Source: Solirubrobacterales bacterium 67-14
GTDB lineage: Bacteria; Actinomycetota; Thermoleophilia; Solirubrobacterales; 70-9
Assembly: GCA_001897355.1 (NCBI GenBank)
Contig: MKST01000002.1
Location: 351,387 to 415,386, forward strand
DNA length: 64,000 nt
Direction of reading: 5' to 3'
Part shown: one piece after another, positions 55,469 through 63,702 of the stretch
How positions within the stretch are numbered: the stretch's first letter is position 1
How the letters are laid out: every line of letters begins with the position of its first letter
Made by a program: the position numbers and the translations under genes
Notes under the pieces: generated by a model
Databases searched by the model: none
What the model was told of the DNA's origin: nothing
What the model saw: the letters and a program-made list of their open reading frames with translations, nothing else

Positions 55469-56395
55469 TCACTCCTGTACATCCGCGATCGCGGCGTTGA
55501 TTCCGAAATTGACTGTTCCAGCCGGCTGGTCGCCGACCCGCTTGAGTTCGTTCAGGCGTTCTCTGTGCAGTTCGCAGTAGGCCTCTCGACCGTCGAGGCC
55601 ATGGACCTCGCGGTCCAGATAGGCCCTGGCCCCTTCGGCCGTCGAGCTCATCTCGGCCCATTCGCGGTAGAAGCGGTTGTCCCGCGCGTACATCCCTTGT
55701 GCGTAGGAGGGATGGGCCGCCATCGGCGCCAGCGCGATCGCCTCGACATTGGCGCCCAGGAGGAGGGTCCGATTCGGGTCCGACCTGAGTTCCGCCTCGT
55801 CGACGATCTCCTCTGCCGTGACGATCACCCGGTCGGCTGCCATCGCGGCTTCACGGATGTCGCCGGTCGAGCCCCAGACCTGGACGTTGCCGTGCTGGTC
55901 GACCCGCTGGACGTGAACGATCGCCAGGTCGGGCCGGACCGGCGCGACGACCGCGATCTCACCACCCCCGAAGGGATCTTCGACCGTCGCGTAACCGGGG
56001 TTGTGCTTCATGAGGTCGGTGGCCCCGACCGCTTCGACCGGGGCGAAGGGAAGGTTCGAGGCGGCGGCCCGCAGGGCGGCGATCAGCGAACCGTGGGTGT
56101 ATTCGGTCCACTCGATCTCGCCGCCTTCGATCGCCCGGCGGATCGCGTGGAGGTTGCCGACCCCGGGGTTGCCCAGATAGCTGAACACCAGGCGCGAGGC
56201 GACGCCGGCCGCGATCATCTGGTCGTAGACGACATCGGGCGTGAGCCGGATCAGGGTCAGATCCTCGATCTTCTGGCGGATGATCTCGTGAGCCGCGGCA
56301 AAGCCGATCAAGTGGGTGAAACCGGTGATGTAGAGCGAGCTGCCCGGCTCGACCAGCTCGGCAACCGCTTCGGAGAGGGTCGCGCGCTCAGCCAT
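55469..56395 (-). CDS. Family-I CoA-transferase, subunit A-like
   Basis: Trimmed to the ATG at 56395 (MAERATLSEAVAELVEPGSSLYITGF). Resembles glutaconate CoA-transferase alpha subunits. About 308 aa. Confidence 0.6.
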   Translation of the reverse strand: MAERATLSEAVAELVEPGSSLYITGFTHLIGFAAAHEIIRQKIEDLTLIRLTPDVVYDQMIAAGVASRLVFSYLGNPGVGNLHAIRRAIEGGEIEWTEYTHGSLIAALRAAASNLPFAPVEAVGATDLMKHNPGYATVEDPFGGGEIAVVAPVRPDLAIVHVQRVDQHGNVQVWGSTGDIREAAMAADRVIVTAEEIVDEAELRSDPNRTLLLGANVEAIALAPMAAHPSYAQGMYARDNRFYREWAEMSSTAEGARAYLDREVHGLDGREAYCELHRERLNELKRVGDQPAGTVNFGINAAIADVQE

Positions 56396-57575
56396 CGTTG
56401 TCTCCGAAGGCCGCGGCGGCCCGATCGAGGTCACCCTGCTCCATCGGGGTCGAAAGGCAGATCAGCCCGTTGCCGGAGACCAGGATCCCCTCGCCGTAGA
56501 GACGCCACCAGAGCGCGGCGATGTCGTCGACGTGGACCTGGATCAGCGAGCCTCGGCCGGTGACGTCCCAGCCCCGGGAGGCGAGGGTTTTGCGCAGCGA
56601 GTCGCCCATCGCGTTCAGGCGATCGACCGCGGCCTGGTCGAAGAGCTTGAGGGCCTCGATCCCCGCCCGGAGGGTGACGGGGTTCGCCGAGAAGGTGCCA
56701 CCATGCGAGACCGGTGTGTCGCCGCGCGGGTCGAAGACGGCCATGACTTCCTCGCGGCCGCCGATCGCGCCGACCGGGAAGCCTCCCCCGATCACCTTGC
56801 CGAGGGTCACGAGGTCGGGGCTGACCCCGTAGGTGCTGTGGAGGCCCCCGAGTGCGATCCGGTATGTGAGGACCTCGTCTTGGAGCATCACGATGCCCCG
56901 CTTCTCGGTCTCGGCGCGGACGGCTTTCATGAAGCTCTCGCTGGCGGGCACGAGGCCGGCCCGGTTCGGCATCGCGTCGATCACGACGCAGGCGAGTTGG
57001 TCACCGAGCTCGGCGATCATCTCCATGAACTGCTGTTCGTCACCGTGGGTCGCGGAACTCGAGAGAGCCGCGACCGCCGCCGGCACACCGCGCGCACCGG
57101 GTGCGGTGACCGACTCGTAGCTGCCGTGGTAGCAACGGTCGAAGCGCAGGATCTGATCCCGTCCGGTGAAGGCCCGGGCGGCGCGGATCGCCATCATCAC
57201 GGCCTCGCTGCCGGAGTTGGCGAAGCGCCAGTGGCGAGCCCAGGCGATGCGGGAGGTGAGGATCTCTGCCAGTTCGATCTCGTGCCTGGTCGGCAGCCCG
57301 AAGCAGGTTCCCGAGGCCATCACCTCGGTGACCGCCGCGATGATCTGCGGGTTCGCGTGGCCGTGGATCAGCGTCGTGTAGTTGTTCTGGAGGTCGAGCA
57401 GGCGGTTGCCGTCGACGTCGATCAGCTCACATCCTTCTCCGTGGTCCGCGTAGGGCGGGTGAGGGGGGACGAAGAGGGTGGTCCGGCTGTTGCCTCCCGG
57501 CAGGGCGTCGAGCGCTCGCTCGAAGAGAGCTTCGCTCTCGGGCAAGTCTGGTGGGCTGATCGTGGTGGTTTGCAT
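56388..57575 (-). CDS. Class-III PLP aminotransferase (glutamate-1-semialdehyde aminomutase-like)
   Basis: FANSGSEAVMMAIRAARAFTGR, DEVLTYR, and a GKVIGGGFPVGA Lys region typical of the HemL-like subgroup. Confidence 0.8.
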   Translation of the reverse strand: MQTTTISPPDLPESEALFERALDALPGGNSRTTLFVPPHPPYADHGEGCELIDVDGNRLLDLQNNYTTLIHGHANPQIIAAVTEVMASGTCFGLPTRHEIELAEILTSRIAWARHWRFANSGSEAVMMAIRAARAFTGRDQILRFDRCYHGSYESVTAPGARGVPAAVAALSSSATHGDEQQFMEMIAELGDQLACVVIDAMPNRAGLVPASESFMKAVRAETEKRGIVMLQDEVLTYRIALGGLHSTYGVSPDLVTLGKVIGGGFPVGAIGGREEVMAVFDPRGDTPVSHGGTFSANPVTLRAGIEALKLFDQAAVDRLNAMGDSLRKTLASRGWDVTGRGSLIQVHVDDIAALWWRLYGEGILVSGNGLICLSTPMEQGDLDRAAAAFGDNDG

Positions 57576-57598
57576 CGCTTCTTTCTGCCTATCTACGA

Positions 57599-57614
57599 AC
57601 TAACGCTTGTTAGT
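57599..57614. promoter_or_regulatory. Operator-like site 3: ACTAACgcttGTTAGT
   Basis: Perfect 6-bp arms, in the 81-nt gap between the permease stop (57657) and the aminotransferase start (57575), 23 nt upstream of the start codon. Confidence 0.45.
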
Positions 57615-57656
57615 CTACTGGGTGGAGTGGTCCTTTACGGGCTGGCAACGGTTTGA

Positions 57657-58670
57657 CTAGGACTTGGAGGTTCTGATCCGGGGGTCGACCACGCCGTAGA
57701 GCAGGTCGGCGCCGAGGTTGAGCAGGCAATAGGTCAAAGCCCCGAGCAGGATCGCCCCCTGGACGGGTGCGTAGTCCTGCGCGAGAACCGACTCCGAGAC
57801 GTACCCCCCGACCCCGGGCCAGCCGAACACGGCCTCGACCAGGAGCGACCCGGCGAGCAGCTCGCCGAAGTAGAGGGCCGACAGGGTCAGCACCGGAAGC
57901 ATCGCGTTGGGCATCGCGTGGCGGAACATCACCCGTCGCTCGCTCGCGCCCTTGGCTCGGGCGGTCCGGATGAAGTCGAGCCGGAACACATCCGCCGTAC
58001 TGCGGCGCATGATCCGCGACAGATACGCCGCCAAGGGCAGCCCCAGGGTGATGGCGGGCAGCGCCAGGTGGGCCAACGCGTTGAAGAAGGTGTTGATCTG
58101 GCCCGCCAGCAGGGCATCCACCGTGTAGAGGCCCGTGACGTGCGGAGGCGGCAGATACCCCTCGCTCAACCGCCCGAACGGTGGCGGTGCGATCGCCAGC
58201 CAGGTGAAGAAGACGAGGATCAGCACCAGGCCCAGCCAGAACGGCGGGGTCCCCAGGCCGACCACGGCGAACACTCGCGAGCTCCGGTCGATCCATCTTC
58301 GGCTGCCGGCCGCGAGCACCCCGAGGGGGATCGCCAGGATGATCGAAAGCGCGATCGCGTAGAGGCCGAGCTCGAGTGTCGCCGGGATTCGCGTCGTGAG
58401 CTCGTCCTTGACCGGGATCCGGGTGCGCCACGAGATGCCGAGGTCACCCTGGAGGATGTCGCCCATGTAGTCCACGTACTGCTTCGGCAGGGGGTCGTTC
58501 ACCCCCATCTGATCGCGCAGCTTCTCGACCGCCTGGGCGCTCGCCTGCGGGCCGAGCACCTGACGGGCCGGGTCGCCAGGAGAGATCCTGAGCAGGAGGA
58601 AGGCGATCACCGAGGCGAAGAAGAGAACCGCGACGGTTGCCAGTACACGCTTAAAAATGAAGCTTGCCAT
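57657..58670 (-). CDS. ABC transporter permease (DppB/OppB-like)
   Basis: Trimmed to the ATG at 58670 (MASFIFKRVLATVAVLFF). Six TM segments. BPD_transp_1 pattern. Confidence 0.85.
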   Translation of the reverse strand: MASFIFKRVLATVAVLFFASVIAFLLLRISPGDPARQVLGPQASAQAVEKLRDQMGVNDPLPKQYVDYMGDILQGDLGISWRTRIPVKDELTTRIPATLELGLYAIALSIILAIPLGVLAAGSRRWIDRSSRVFAVVGLGTPPFWLGLVLILVFFTWLAIAPPPFGRLSEGYLPPPHVTGLYTVDALLAGQINTFFNALAHLALPAITLGLPLAAYLSRIMRRSTADVFRLDFIRTARAKGASERRVMFRHAMPNAMLPVLTLSALYFGELLAGSLLVEAVFGWPGVGGYVSESVLAQDYAPVQGAILLGALTYCLLNLGADLLYGVVDPRIRTSKS

Positions 58671-59520
58671 GGGGATCCAGGTGGTCGCGCAGGGCCTCAC
58701 CGAAGAGGATGCTGATGGTTACGAGTGCCAAGATTCCGAAGCCGGGGATGATCGACATCCACCACTGGCCGGAAGTGAGGTAGGTCCTTCCCTCGGTGAT
58801 CATCGCGCCCCATTCCGGGGTCGGCGGCTGGACGCCCAACCCGATGAATCCGAGGGCGGCGATCGCCAGCACGGCATAGGCGACCCCGAGCGAGGCTTGG
58901 ACTGCGACGCCGCCCGTCACGGCCGGGATCAGATGCCGGATGATGATGTGCCGACGCGAGGCGCCGAGCGCTCTCTCCGCGTCTATGAACTCACGTTCTC
59001 GCAGCGAGAGCACCTCGCTCCGCACCACCCGGGCGTACCAGGGGATCCCGGTTATGGCCACGGCCAGGCCTGCCGCGAGGGCGCCGGGACCGATCGCCAG
59101 AGCCAGAGCCATGCCCATGATCAGGGCGGGGAAGGCGAGGATGCCGTCCAGCATCCGTCCGATCACGCCATCGGTGAAGCCGCCGACCAGGCCGATGATC
59201 GAGCCGATCACCATCCCGATCAGCGCGGCGGCCAGTACCGAGCAGACCCCGACGATCAACGAGAGCTTCGCGCCGCCCAGGAACCGGGCCAGGACGTCGC
59301 GCCCGTACTCGTCGGTACCGAACGGATGGGCGAGGCTCGGCGCCTTGACCGCGTCTTCGAGGTTGACCTGGGTCGGGCTGTCCGTCCAGACGAGCGGGCC
59401 GAGGAAGGCGACCGCGATGAAGATGATGATCGCGATCGTCACGCCCTTCATTCCCGCCCGGTCGATCGCCCGCCACATCTCCTTCGGGTTCCAGCGACTG
59501 CGTTCGCGATGATCGGTCAT
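58651..59520 (-). CDS. ABC transporter permease (DppC/OppC-like)
   Basis: PSLAHPFGTDEYGRDVLAR N-terminal motif typical of DppC/OppC. Six TM segments. Confidence 0.85.
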   Translation of the reverse strand: MTDHRERSRWNPKEMWRAIDRAGMKGVTIAIIIFIAVAFLGPLVWTDSPTQVNLEDAVKAPSLAHPFGTDEYGRDVLARFLGGAKLSLIVGVCSVLAAALIGMVIGSIIGLVGGFTDGVIGRMLDGILAFPALIMGMALALAIGPGALAAGLAVAITGIPWYARVVRSEVLSLREREFIDAERALGASRRHIIIRHLIPAVTGGVAVQASLGVAYAVLAIAALGFIGLGVQPPTPEWGAMITEGRTYLTSGQWWMSIIPGFGILALVTISILFGEALRDHLDPHGKLHF

Positions 59521-61457
59521 GACGTAGCCCCTGACGAGTCGGCGGTGGGAACGGATTCGGGCGGCAGGCTGGCGGTCACATCACCGGAGAAGTGACAGGC
59601 CGAGGAGCGCGCCATGTCGTCGATGGCCGGGGTCAGGTCCGGCCTCGTGGTGGTGCAGATCTCTGGATTGCCGAGCTTTTCGCGCAGCCAGCAGCGATTC
59701 TGGAACGGACAGCCCGGCGGGATGTTGCCGGGGCTGGGCGGGTCGCCCTTGAGGACGATCCGCTCGCGGCGCCGCTCGGTGCTGAGCACCGGGACCGCCG
59801 AAAGGAGGGCCGCGGTGTACGGGTGGGACGGAGCTCGATAGACCTTGTCGACGGGGCCGGTCTCGACGATCCGCCCCAGGTACATGACGGCGACCTCGTC
59901 CGAGATCTGCCTGACCACGGCGAGGTCGTGGGCGATGAACAGATAGGCCACTCCCAGCTCCTCCTGGAGCCGTTGGAGCAGCAGCAGCACCTCGGCCTGG
60001 ACCGACACGTCGAGGGCACTCACCGCCTCGTCGAGGACGATGAGCTCCGGCTCGACCGCGAGCGCGCGGGCGATCCCGATCCGCTGCCGTTGACCGCCGC
60101 TCAACTCGTGTGGCCGGCGCTTGAGGTGCTCCCGGCCGAGCCCGACGAGCTCGAGGAGCTCGACGATACGGGCCCGCTTTTCCGCCGGACCGCCGGGCAC
60201 CAGGTCGTGCATGTCCAGGGGCTCAGCCAGGATGCGTTCGACCGTGAATCGGGGATTCAGGCTCGCCTGCGGATCCTGGAAGACGATCTGGAACTCGGTC
60301 CGGAGCGGCCTCAAGGCCTTGTCCGAGAGGCCGGAAAGCGAGGCCCCGCCGATTTCCACTTGGCCGTCGGTCGGCCTGGTCAGCTGGATGATCGCGCGGC
60401 CGAGGGTCGTCTTGCCGCAGCCCGACTCACCGACCAGGCCCAAGGTCCGGCTTTTGCCCAGCTCGAGATCGACCCCGTTCACGGCCGAGATCAAGTTCGA
60501 CTTCTCGGGCCGGAACCTGCGGACCTTCCCGAAGTCGACTCGCAGGTCGCTGACCTTGAGGATCTCCCCGCCATCGGACTCCCGGATCGTCTGGTGGCTT
60601 TCTTCGTCCAGTCTCGGAACCGCCGCCAGGAGATCCTTCGTGTACTGCTCGCGGGGCCGCTCGAGGATGTCGGCGGTGCTGCCGCGTTCGACCACTTCGC
60701 CGCGTCGCATGACCACAACGCGGTCGGCGGTGCCGGCCACCACGCCGAGGTCGTGGGTGATCAAGAGGACGCCCATGTTCAGCTCCTGCTGAAGCCTCCG
60801 GATGAGATCGAGGATCTGGGCCTGGACCGTGACGTCCAGTGCCGTGGTCGGCTCGTCGGCGATCAGCAGGCTCGGCTCGGAGACCAGCGCCATGGCGATC
60901 ATCGCCCGTTGCCGCATGCCACCGCTGAACTCGTGGGGGTATGCGCGGTAGCGCCGTTCCGGGTCGGGGATGCCGACCTGCTCGAGCAACTCGACAGCGC
61001 GGTCCCTGGCTTGCGATCGGCGGAGACCGTTTTGGACGGTGACCGCCTCGGCGATCTGATGCCCGACCCGCTGGACCGGGTTGAGGCTGGAGAGCGGGTC
61101 CTGGAAGATGACCCCGACCTTGCGGCCCCTGATGGCTCGCAGGGCCGATTCCCTGGCCTTGGTCAGGTCCTCCCCGGCGATGATGCCCCGATCCATCTCC
61201 ACCTTGGCCTGCTTCGGGAGCAGGCCAAGGAGGGATAGGGCACTGACCGTCTTGCCCGACCCCGACTCGCCGACGACCGCCACGATCTCGCCGGCGTCGA
61301 CCGAGAAGTCGACGCCCCGGACCGCGTCGACCATTCCCTCCTCACCGGGGAAGGACACTCTCAGTCCTTCGACGGTGAGCAGGTTGGCCGGTTCCGGAGC
61401 CTCCAGGGCTTGCGGTGCGCTGCTTGGTTCAGGGTTCATCAATGTCGTGGCGGTCAT
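59517..61457 (-). CDS. Fused double ATP-binding protein of a Dpp/Opp-type ABC importer
   Basis: Two Walker A motifs ([17 protein letters not shown]). Two signature motifs ([16 protein letters not shown]). Cys-rich C-terminal oligopeptide-type tail. Confidence 0.9.
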   Translation of the reverse strand: MTATTLMNPEPSSAPQALEAPEPANLLTVEGLRVSFPGEEGMVDAVRGVDFSVDAGEIVAVVGESGSGKTVSALSLLGLLPKQAKVEMDRGIIAGEDLTKARESALRAIRGRKVGVIFQDPLSSLNPVQRVGHQIAEAVTVQNGLRRSQARDRAVELLEQVGIPDPERRYRAYPHEFSGGMRQRAMIAMALVSEPSLLIADEPTTALDVTVQAQILDLIRRLQQELNMGVLLITHDLGVVAGTADRVVVMRRGEVVERGSTADILERPREQYTKDLLAAVPRLDEESHQTIRESDGGEILKVSDLRVDFGKVRRFRPEKSNLISAVNGVDLELGKSRTLGLVGESGCGKTTLGRAIIQLTRPTDGQVEIGGASLSGLSDKALRPLRTEFQIVFQDPQASLNPRFTVERILAEPLDMHDLVPGGPAEKRARIVELLELVGLGREHLKRRPHELSGGQRQRIGIARALAVEPELIVLDEAVSALDVSVQAEVLLLLQRLQEELGVAYLFIAHDLAVVRQISDEVAVMYLGRIVETGPVDKVYRAPSHPYTAALLSAVPVLSTERRRERIVLKGDPPSPGNIPPGCPFQNRCWLREKLGNPEICTTTRPDLTPAIDDMARSSACHFSGDVTASLPPESVPTADSSGATS

Positions 61458-61516
61458 TCACGTCGGTAGCGGTTGGCAGGAATCGGTCGTGCGGGATCGG
61501 TTCTGTCCTCCGACGA

Positions 61517-63115
61517 TCACCCGGCTCCGATGGCGTTCAGCCTCGGGATCTGGTCGGTGTAGTACTGGTAGCCGGTGGTCCCGCCGGGCAGGGCGACGAT
61601 GTTGTCCTTCGCCCAGATCGAGACGTACGGGGCGTCGGAGATCACCTGGTCGCTGACCTGGCGGTAGAGTTCGGCTCGCTCCTCGGAGGAGAGTGAGAAG
61701 CGGGCCTGCTCCAGCTTCTGGTCGACCGACTTGTTGCAGTACTGGGCCCAGTTGAAGGCATCGCCGCACCTGACCAGGTACCCGAGGAAGTAGCCCGGGT
61801 CGTTGATCGTCGGGCCGTCGTCGATGATGTAGGAGTCGGACTTGAAGTTGTAGACCCGGTCCGTGAAGGAAGCGGAGCCCAGGGTCTTGATCTGCATGTC
61901 CACGCCGATCTGCTTGAACGCGTCCTGGAGGACGGTCGCGATGTCGGCATGAGTCGATTCCCCGTTTTCGATGTCGACCTGGAAGCTGGGGTTGCTGACA
62001 CCTGATTCCTCGATCAGCTGCTTGCCCTTCTCGACGTCCGGCTCCGGCAGGGGCAGGTCGGGGTAGTAGTCCATCGCCGGCGGGATCGGCCCGACGAACG
62101 GAGCCGAGAACCCGTATCCGAACTGGTCGGAGATCGCCTTGGCGGGAACCACCGCGGCGAGCGCCTGCCGAACCTTGACGTTGTCGAGTGGCGGCTTGGT
62201 GTTGTTCATCCCGAAGTAGGTAGTGAACTGGCTCGGGTCGGAAGCGATCTTCGTGCCCGAGTCCTCCAGCTGCCTCGCGGTCTTCGGAGTGAGGCCCAGG
62301 ACCAGGTTCGATTGACCTGACTTGGTCAGCGTCTCGAGGGTGGTCGGATCGGTCACGATCTTGATCGAGACCCCGCTGTTGGCCTGCTCGCCCTGCCAGT
62401 AGTCCGGCGTCGCGGTCAGGTTGATCTCCGAGTCGGGCCGGTAGGTGTCCAGCGTGTAGGCGCCCGACCCGGCCCCGTGGGAGGCGAGCCAGTCGTCACC
62501 CTTGGCCGAGAGCCCTCCGTGCTGCTTCAGCAGCTTGCTGTCGATGATCGAGGACGCCCGGGAGGCGATGCTTTCCATGAAGAGGGGGTCCGGCTTCTTC
62601 TGGACCACCTGCACCGTGGTCGGTCCCAGCTTCTTGACCGACTGGAAGTTGTCGGGCAAGCCGGCGGTGATCACGTAGTTCGCGCAGGCTTCCTTGTCGA
62701 TGCCGCGATTGAGGCTGAAGACGACGTCGTCGGCAGTCACCGGGTTGCCGCTCGCGAACTTCACGTCGTCGCGCAGCTCGAAGGTAGTGGTGGTCCCGTC
62801 TTTGCTGGTCTTCCAGCTCTTGGCCAGCATCGGCTCCACGTCGGCACCCGACTTGCTGTCGGCGGCCGGCTTGGACTGGACGAGCTGGTCGTAGAGCGCC
62901 CTGATGACCGTGTACTCGCTGCGGTCACAGGCGAAGGCCGGGTCGATGGTGGCGAGGCCTGAGTTGAAGGCGACCTGAAGGGTCTTGGACGAGTCACCCC
63001 CGGCCGACGATGTGCCGGTGGATTCGGAGCTGCCACAGGCGGCCATCGCGAGCCCGAGCAGGGCCACCGCGGAAGCGGCTATTGCAAGCTTGATTCGGTG
63101 GAAACTGGTCTGCAT
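61517..63115 (-). CDS. ABC transporter substrate-binding lipoprotein, family 5
   Basis: Lipobox LAMAAC/GS. LAKSWKTSKDGTTTTFELRDDVKFASGNPVTADDV. First gene of the importer operon. Confidence 0.85.
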   Translation of the reverse strand: MQTSFHRIKLAIAASAVALLGLAMAACGSSESTGTSSAGGDSSKTLQVAFNSGLATIDPAFACDRSEYTVIRALYDQLVQSKPAADSKSGADVEPMLAKSWKTSKDGTTTTFELRDDVKFASGNPVTADDVVFSLNRGIDKEACANYVITAGLPDNFQSVKKLGPTTVQVVQKKPDPLFMESIASRASSIIDSKLLKQHGGLSAKGDDWLASHGAGSGAYTLDTYRPDSEINLTATPDYWQGEQANSGVSIKIVTDPTTLETLTKSGQSNLVLGLTPKTARQLEDSGTKIASDPSQFTTYFGMNNTKPPLDNVKVRQALAAVVPAKAISDQFGYGFSAPFVGPIPPAMDYYPDLPLPEPDVEKGKQLIEESGVSNPSFQVDIENGESTHADIATVLQDAFKQIGVDMQIKTLGSASFTDRVYNFKSDSYIIDDGPTINDPGYFLGYLVRCGDAFNWAQYCNKSVDQKLEQARFSLSSEERAELYRQVSDQVISDAPYVSIWAKDNIVALPGGTTGYQYYTDQIPRLNAIGAG

Positions 63116-63156
63116 CGATCTCTCCTCGTTAACTGCCGCAGAATAGTGCGAAACAA

Positions 63157-63172
63157 ACTAACATTTGTTTGT
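63157..63172. promoter_or_regulatory. Operator-like site 4: ACTAACatttGTTTGT
   Basis: In the gap between the divergent SBP (start 63115) and SnoaL-like gene. Immediately followed by the tandem 8-mer TTGTCAAG TTGTCAAG (63169-63184). Confidence 0.4.
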
Positions 63173-63204
63173 CAAGTTGTCAAGCGCGTCTTCGAAAGGA
63201 TTTT

Positions 63205-63639
63205 GTGAGCCACACATCAGTCGAAAAGAACCGGGCCCTGGTGGCCGAGTACATCCAGGTGATCTGGAACGAAGGCCAGGTGGAACGTCTCTCGGAGTTC
63301 ATCCACCCGGAGTTCGTGAGCCACGATCCCGCCGACCCCGAGCCGATCCGCGGATTCGCCGGGTTGACCCAGGCGATCCGTCAATACCACTCCGCTTTTC
63401 CGGATCTGGTCAACACGATCCAGGCCCAGATCGGCGAAGGCGACCTCGTCGCGACGCGTTGGTCCTCGACCGGCACTCACCGAGGGACCTCGTTCGGGAT
63501 CGCCCCGACCGGCAACCGCCGGGACGTGACCGGGATCCAGTTCAACCAGATACGTGACGGCCTGATCGTCGAGGAGTGGCATAGCTGGGACACCCTGGGG
63601 CTGCTGCGTCAGCTCGGAGCGACGACTCTGCCGACCTGA
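63205..63639 (+). CDS. SnoaL-like ester cyclase family protein
   Basis: NRALVAEYIQVIWNEGQVERLSEFIHPEFVSHD...GTHRGTSFGIAPTGNR...DGLIVEEW is the ester-cyclase/SnoaL pattern. GTG 63205 with a GAAAGGA RBS is preferred over the track TTG 63169. Confidence 0.8.
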   Translation: MSHTSVEKNRALVAEYIQVIWNEGQVERLSEFIHPEFVSHDPADPEPIRGFAGLTQAIRQYHSAFPDLVNTIQAQIGEGDLVATRWSSTGTHRGTSFGIAPTGNRRDVTGIQFNQIRDGLIVEEWHSWDTLGLLRQLGATTLPT

Positions 63640-63680
63640 TCCGTCCGGGCCGGGCTCGACTGGCGCCCGGCCCGGACGGA
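63640..63680. terminator. Bidirectional hairpin between convergent genes
   Basis: TCCGTCCGGGCCGGG (63640-63654) and CCCGGCCCGGACGGA (63666-63680) are perfectly complementary over 15 bp, with an 11-nt loop. Confidence 0.65.
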
Positions 63681-63702
63681 ATCGGGGGGAGAGAGAACCC
63701 CG

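Noticed and set aside
59592-61238. 548-aa plus-strand ORF (similar cases: 46593..48125 -, 1777..3288 -, 19447..21030 -, 25272..26600 -, 30667..32109 +, 7867..9246 -)
   Set aside because: All are antisense or out-of-frame overlaps of genes with clear family signatures (ABC ATPase, acyl-CoA synthetase, GH92, Wzy_C, PurM, PknB, MFS). Their sequences are Arg/Gly/Asp/Pro-rich with no motifs.
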